A DNA stretch of 64,000 bases from the human T2T-CHM13v2.0 reference genome, Homo sapiens, in assembly GCF_009914755.1 (NCBI RefSeq), contig NC_060934.1; one strand, 5' to 3'. Shown piece after piece: positions 57,880 to 64,000 of the stretch (its first letter is position 1; each line of letters starts with the position of its first letter). The notes beneath the pieces were generated by a model. The model had not been told where the DNA came from. It was given only the letters and a program-made list of their open reading frames with translations, and ran no database searches. A program made the translations under genes and the position numbers.

Positions 57880-60440
57880 CATAAGCAAAGGAAAAGATTA
57901 ATGACAAAATAAGAAAAAATGCAATATGCAACAAAGAGTTATTATCCTAAAATATAAAGAACTTCTAAAAAGAATAGAGACATGAATAGAGTGCACTGAA
58001 AAAAGTTCAGATGTCTCTTAAACATATGAAAGGATGTTCAACCTCACTCATCACAAAGAAGGTGCAAATAAAACCTTAATTGAGATGCCATTTCTTACCC
58101 CTCAGAATGTTAAAAATGCAGAGTTTTGAAAACAAATTATTGGAGAGGCTGTGGGGACATAGACATTCTCACACATTGCTAGAGAATGCAAGATGGTACG
58201 ATCACTACATAAGAGAATATAGCAATACCTAGCAAAAACCTATGCATTTCATTTTCTTTTGACCAAACAATACTACCATTGGAAAGATATCCCAAAGGTA
58301 CATTGGCAAAAATACAATACGACAAGTGAATAAGGTATTTTGTTGCAGTAACATTTGGAATTCCAAAAGATTGGAAACAAGACTGGGTGTGATGTCTCAT
58401 GCTTGTAGTCCCAGCACTTTGGGAGGCTGAGGCAGGAATATCATTTGAGCCCAGTTTAAGAACGGCCTGGGCAGCCATCGCTACAAAAAATAAAAAAATA
58501 AAAATTAGCTGGGTATGGTGGTGCGTGTCTGTAGTCCCAGCTACTGGGGAGACTGAGGAAGGAGGATCACTTGAGCCTGGGAGGTTGAGGCTGCTGTGAG
58601 ACACGATCGCACCCTGTCTCAAAAATAAAAAACAAAAGACTAAAAAGAAAATGGCCAAAGGACTGGAAACAAGCCAAATGTCCGTCAATAGAGTATTGAT
58701 TGAACAGAAAATGAGACATCACATAGCGGCATACTATGCTCTGATTATGGAGTAATCTCCAGGATATATGATGTGAAAAAAAGCCAACTATAGACCAGTG
58801 TGTATATTATGCTCCCTTTTATCTAAGAAAGAGGAAAATACAATTATATGAGATCATTTGCTTAATTTTTAAATAGAAGGATAAATCAAAAACTAATAAA
58901 AACTGTTCTCTAATGGGGGAGAAAGAACAGAGTGGAAGGGACAGGAAAAAAAAAAGCTAGACCTCTCATAATCTACCATGCCCATTGATTTGGCTTTGGA
59001 ACTATAAATATATTTTACATAATTATAAAGCAAAATTTGAGAAAAATGAAAGAAATATTTAAAATCACAACTGAAGTGAAACTGGTGAAATAATTGCATT
59101 GAGCTGACAACCATAGAGAGTAGAAATATTCCAAGGGACCTTAAACACTGTAATTTGACTATACCGCTCAAGCAAAACATATTTTAAATACACAAAAAAG
59201 AACAAAGAAATCTTAAATGGTTTCCAGTTATCATACCATTAGTAATAATATTAGTATTGTTATTTTGAAAATATGTACAGTAGGACTAAGTACATAAATA
59301 ATATGTTCATGTCATTGGGAACCAGGATTTTTACTGTATGAGAGAAGAGGTAGAAATGTAAAGTAAAAAAAAAAAAAAAAAGCAACTCTATAATCTCAAT
59401 ATTCCAATATAGTGTAAAATCACTATGAATATATAGGGTATTTTTTCTTTAAAAAACAACAAAAAAGTTTTTTCTAATTCTGTCCACTGAAAGGTCTAGA
59501 GACGATGACACACCCAGTACCAATAGCCATCCGTAGCACCCAGATTGTGAGATCTAAATACCATTTCCCACAGAAAAAGTCAGAGCTCTTTAGGGAAATC
59601 AGGGTTTTCAGTCCTGAGGTAAATAATGTGCAGGAAGAGCCTAGAACATCTTTTCTGACCAGAAAGCAAAGGAGCTTTCAAAGGTAACTGGAGTTTGGTT
59701 AAAACAAGTTCAGAAACTAACTGGAAAATTTTCCAGAGTTTTGAAAACAAATTATTAACAAACACAACAAACAAAACACGGAAAAGTGTTTCATTTTTAA
59801 ATGCCTAGAATTGATTAAAGCACATCAAATGTGATATAATATATAAATGTACAGATATCGAAAACAAAACAAAATAAAATGGAATAAGTGACCATTTTGA
59901 AGAATGCTAAGGAACCAAGTTATTAATTTGAATACTTTTTAAAAAAAGAAAAAGAGAGAAAATCAAGCATTTATCCTACCTTTCCTACATGATCTCTGTA
60001 TGAGAGCAACCAAATAGCTGATATGAGTAACTTCTATTCCATTAAAGAACTTCAAATAATAAATAAATAAAGAAGAAATAATAAAATCAAACTATTATCA
60101 TGTTGTAGGTCTCAGTGAATAACTCATCTAAATACTGAACCTAAAGAATGCTAAAACCATTAGAGAAAGTGCAAAAGAGGCTTTTAATGGGAAGTTCAAC
60201 CTGAGGAGATCAGAACACTCCGACCAATGTTAACTTCATAATAGAAAAGCAGATTTCATGTATCTCCTGAAAAGATTATTTTTTACCACATAAAACCCCC
60301 TGGATTTAACCAAACTTTTTGGTATAAGCACCAGTTTACAAACAACATGACAAATGGCATGTAGAATATAAACAGCAAAATCCAAGATGTGGGATGATCT
60401 ACAGAACAAACAATCCATTTCTTTCACAAATAAATTTGAA
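57880..60440 (+). mobile_element. Old L1M 3' region containing an AluJ (58381-~58650)
   Basis: aacatatgaaaggatgttcaacctcactca...; ggaaacaa repeated either side of the Alu. Boundaries approximate. Confidence 0.7.
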
Positions 60441-60445
60441 CAATG

Positions 60446-61451
60446 GGCCGCTCTGCCTATGGAGTAGCCATTCTTTATTCCTTCACTTTCTTAATAAACT
60501 TGCTTTCACTTTACTGTATGGACTCACCCCATATTCTTTCTTGTGAAAGGTCCAAGAACCCTCTCTTGGGGTCTAGATCAGGAATCCTTTCTGGTAACAT
60601 CTTCCTGGCAAACCCCACAGGGACGATACGGAGAAAACCCCTGACCCATAGGAAACAGACTGTAGCACCAACTGGCAGACTGTGGATATCACCTTTTATC
60701 AGAGTTATGAACGGGTCTCACCATACTGACGCTTTCTGACTAAGCTCCTCTCTACCCTGAATACAAGAGACCCTAATAGTTAGGCAGGAATATCATCACC
60801 CCTATTCATCCTGAAGGAGTTACAGAAAATGGACTGACATCCCTCTACAACCCTTAGGATTAAAGGTCCCCTTGTAAAAGGGAGTGGGGTAATAAACCAT
60901 AGACATTCAAACCAGAGCAACTCCATCTTGAATAGGGGCTGGATAAAATAGGGCTGAGACCTACTAGACTGCATTTCCAGGAGTTTAAGGAATTCATAGT
61001 CACGGGATGAGATAGGAGGTCGGCACAAGATACAGGTCGCAAAGACCTTGTTGATAAAACAGGATGCAGTAAAGAAGGCAGTCAAACACCACCAAAACCA
61101 AGATGGTGAGGAAAGTGACCTCTGGTCGTCCTCACTGCTCACTATATGCTAATTATAGTGCATTAGCATGCTAAAAGACACTCCTACCAGTGCCATGACA
61201 GTTTACAAATGCCATGGTAACATCAGGAAGTTACCCCACATGGTCTAAAAAGAAGAGGAACCCTCAGTTCCAGGAATTGCCCACCTCTTACCCAGAAAAC
61301 TGATGAATAATTCACTCCTTGTTTAGCAAATAATCACAAAATAACTGTAAGTATACTCAGTCAAGCAGTCCATGCCACTGCTCTGCTTATGGAGTAGCCA
61401 TTCTTTTATTTCTTTACTGTCTTAATAAACTTGCTCTCACTTAAGAAAAAA
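60446..61451 (+). mobile_element. MER41-type ERV retrocopy: R-U5, short internal segment, PPT, U3-R, A-tail
   Basis: R segment (ctctgc.tatggagtagccattc...aataaacttgct.tcactt) at both ends; U5 ends ggtaaca at 60599; U3 contains ccagagcaactccatcttgaatagggg; flanked by tgaacaatg. Confidence 0.85.
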
Positions 61452-61519
61452 TGAACAATGATTAATGATTGATAATAGTAAGGAATTATTGTTTGTTTGT
61501 TTTAGTTTTTATCATTTTC

Positions 61520-62985
61520 AGGCATTGAGAACAAACAGCAAAGGACTGTAATCTCTGAAAAGAGAAGCATATAAAGTATGTCCCATACACACTCAAGAAT
61601 TCAAAGAAGTGAAGCCCAAGGAGACAGCAATACCCTTGCTATGGCAAACAAACAACTCATGATTTAGGGCTACCAAAGCATCTGGCGGTTTTGGAGCTGC
61701 ACACTATAAGGAAAGCAGCTGCATGGAAATGGCACCTCAAAAATGTACAGGCATTTCCTTGGGTCCTTAGCTCATTCCCAAGCTGCAAATGCACAGAGAA
61801 GACAGCAGGTCTAACTAACAGAGAGCAGTTTTGGAGGGGAGGGAAGTTGCTAAGAATTGAAGAGAGACTGCATAATAAATACTGAAGGGATGTGTTGCCT
61901 CATTCAGTCAGAAAGGAGATACTTTTATGAAAACCCTGAGAACTGAATTGAAACGTGAGAAAAGTATGCTACAGGAGTAAGATTCATATTCTAGGAAATA
62001 TGGCAATCCACCAGGATTCATGGAAAATTTGAAATAGGTCCCCTGTAAATTCAAGCCTTGATTGAATGAAAGTGATCTGCCAGGAACATAAGTGCCTACT
62101 AGAAAAAAACCCAACCCTTCTGAGAGGAAGATAATATAATCCAGAACCCCTGCAACATATCACGTATAATGTCCTGCTCACAATAAAAACTGACTAGGCC
62201 TGTGAGGAAGTAGTAAAAAAAAAACCAAAACCCAATAATAAATAAAACAGGCAATCTCAGCAAAGCCAGAAACATTCCAGATACTGAGGCTACCAAACAA
62301 TGACTCCAAAATAATTATGATAAAACTTAGAGGAAAAGGTTGACAAAATAGTTGAAGAACATTTCAACAGTACTTACAGACTTTCCAAAACAAAATAACC
62401 AAATAGAATCAAAGCAAAAAAAGAAGGCAAGAATATAAAACCATAGGAACTATTAGAAACAGTCAAAACCTTCAGCATATGTGTAATTTGAGTCTCAGAA
62501 GGAGAAGAAAGAGGAAAAAAGTGGCAATGCAATATTTGAAAAAATATTGGCTGAAATTTCTCAAAATTGTATAAAAGAAAGCAACCTATAGATTCAAAAC
62601 TCTCAGTGACTCTCAAGCAGGACAAACACAGAGAAAACCAGATCTAGATACGCCATAATCAAGTTGTGGAAAATTAAATATAAACACACAATAAAAGCAG
62701 TGAGGGGGGAGAAAAAGACACATTATCTTCAGGAGAACAACAAGAATTACTGCTGAGGTTCCTCTCCCCAAAAAAATTATGGAAGTGACAAGACACTGAT
62801 GTGGTATTCTTAGAGAGCTAATAGGAAATGGTCAACCTAAAATTCTATGTGTAATAATATCCTTCAAAAATTAAGGTAAAAAATGCATTCTTAAACAAAA
62901 GCTGAGGGAATCTGTCTTCAACAGACATGCTCTGTGAGAAATATTAAAATATGTTCTTCAGGCTGAAGAAAAATGATCCCATTAG
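61520..62985 (+). mobile_element. L1M 5'/ORF1-like remnant
   Basis: atatgtgtaatttgagtctcagaaggagaaga; caacctaaaattctat; aaagctgagggaat. Confidence 0.65.
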
Positions 62986-62989
62986 AATG

Positions 62990-64000
62990 TAAAATGGTCT
63001 GTTTGCAAATGGCATGATCTTTCATACATAGAATACCCTAAAGACTCCACTAAAATACTTTTAGAACTAATAAATGAACAAACTAATTCAGTAAAGTTAC
63101 AGGATATAAAATCAACATATAAAATTAGTTGCATTTCTATACATTAACAACTAACTGTACAAAAAGGAAATTAAGAAGAAAATCCCATTTACAATAGTGT
63201 CAAAAAGTTAAATACTTAGGAATGTATTTAACCAAGAAAGTGAAATATCTGTATTTTGAAAACTATACCAGATTAATGAAAAAAAGAAAATATTTGGTGT
63301 TCACAAATTGAAAGAATACTGTTAAAATGTCCATACTATGCAAAGCAGTCTACAGTTCAATGCCATCTCTAACAGAATTCCAATGGTATTTTTCACAAAA
63401 TAGAAAAAGAATCCTATAATTCATATGAAACCACAAAAGACCCCAAATAGCTAAAGCAATCTTGAGCAAAAAGAAGAAACCTGGAGGCATCCTGATTTAA
63501 AAATACATTTAAAATAAAAATACACTACTTGATTTTAAAATATATTACAAAACTGTAGTAATCAAAACAGTATGGTATTGGCATTAAAAACAGATATCTA
63601 GACCTATGGAACAGAATAGAGAGCCCAGAAATAAGTCCATATATTATGCTGAATTGATTTTTGACAAACATGGCAAGAACATACAACATGTAAAGGATAG
63701 TCTATAATAAATGGTGCTAAGAAAACTGGATATCCATTTGCAGAAAAATGAAACTGAACCCTTATCCCACACCACATACAAAGTCAACTCAAAATTAAAG
63801 ACTTAAACATAAGGCCTAAAACTGAAGAACTAATCCAGGAAAACATACAGGAAAAGCCCTATGACATTAGTCTGAGTAGTGATTTTTTTGGATATGACCA
63901 CAAAAGCACAACTGAAATATATAAAAAACTCAACTCAATATCAACAAAACAAACTAACCCAATCTTAAAAATGGGCAAAGGATCCAAATAGACATTTCTC
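62990..64000 (+). mobile_element. L1M (MA/MB-like) ORF2 3' half, running off the window
   Basis: ctgtttgcaaatggcatgatc (degenerate LFADDM), atcaaaacagtatggtattggcat, aaatgggcaaaggatccaaatagacatttctc. Confidence 0.88.

Noticed and set aside
60443-61142. ORFs in the MER41-type element as viral proteins
   Set aside because: They lie mostly in LTR sequence and show no gag, pol or env motifs.

Overview
Human-type (primate, Alu-rich) genomic DNA lying entirely inside the cubilin gene (CUBN) on the minus strand. I mapped 13 coding exons, all with canonical AG/GT boundaries and phases that chain into one open frame. They encode CUB2 to the first half of CUB8, including most of the CUB5-8 intrinsic factor-cobalamin binding region. 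Exon numbers 15-27 and c./p. numbering come from my recollection of the reference cDNA and agree with the summed exon lengths. The introns are mostly Alu, L1, L2/MIR, CR1, LTR and DNA-transposon remnants, and most short ORFs in the track are noise from these. Main observations: (1) a 21-bp in-frame tandem array of five complete 5' splice sites at the end of exon 26; (2) an apparently L1-retrotransposed, probably spliced MER41-type ERV transcript carrying a GAS motif; (3) an Alu with a ~62-65 bp target-site duplication; (4) an Asn codon at residue 865, where I recall Ser in the reference; (5) a latent pseudo-exon at the known c.3330-439 site. There is no evidence of a prokaryote-style novel system, CRISPR array or structural RNA gene.
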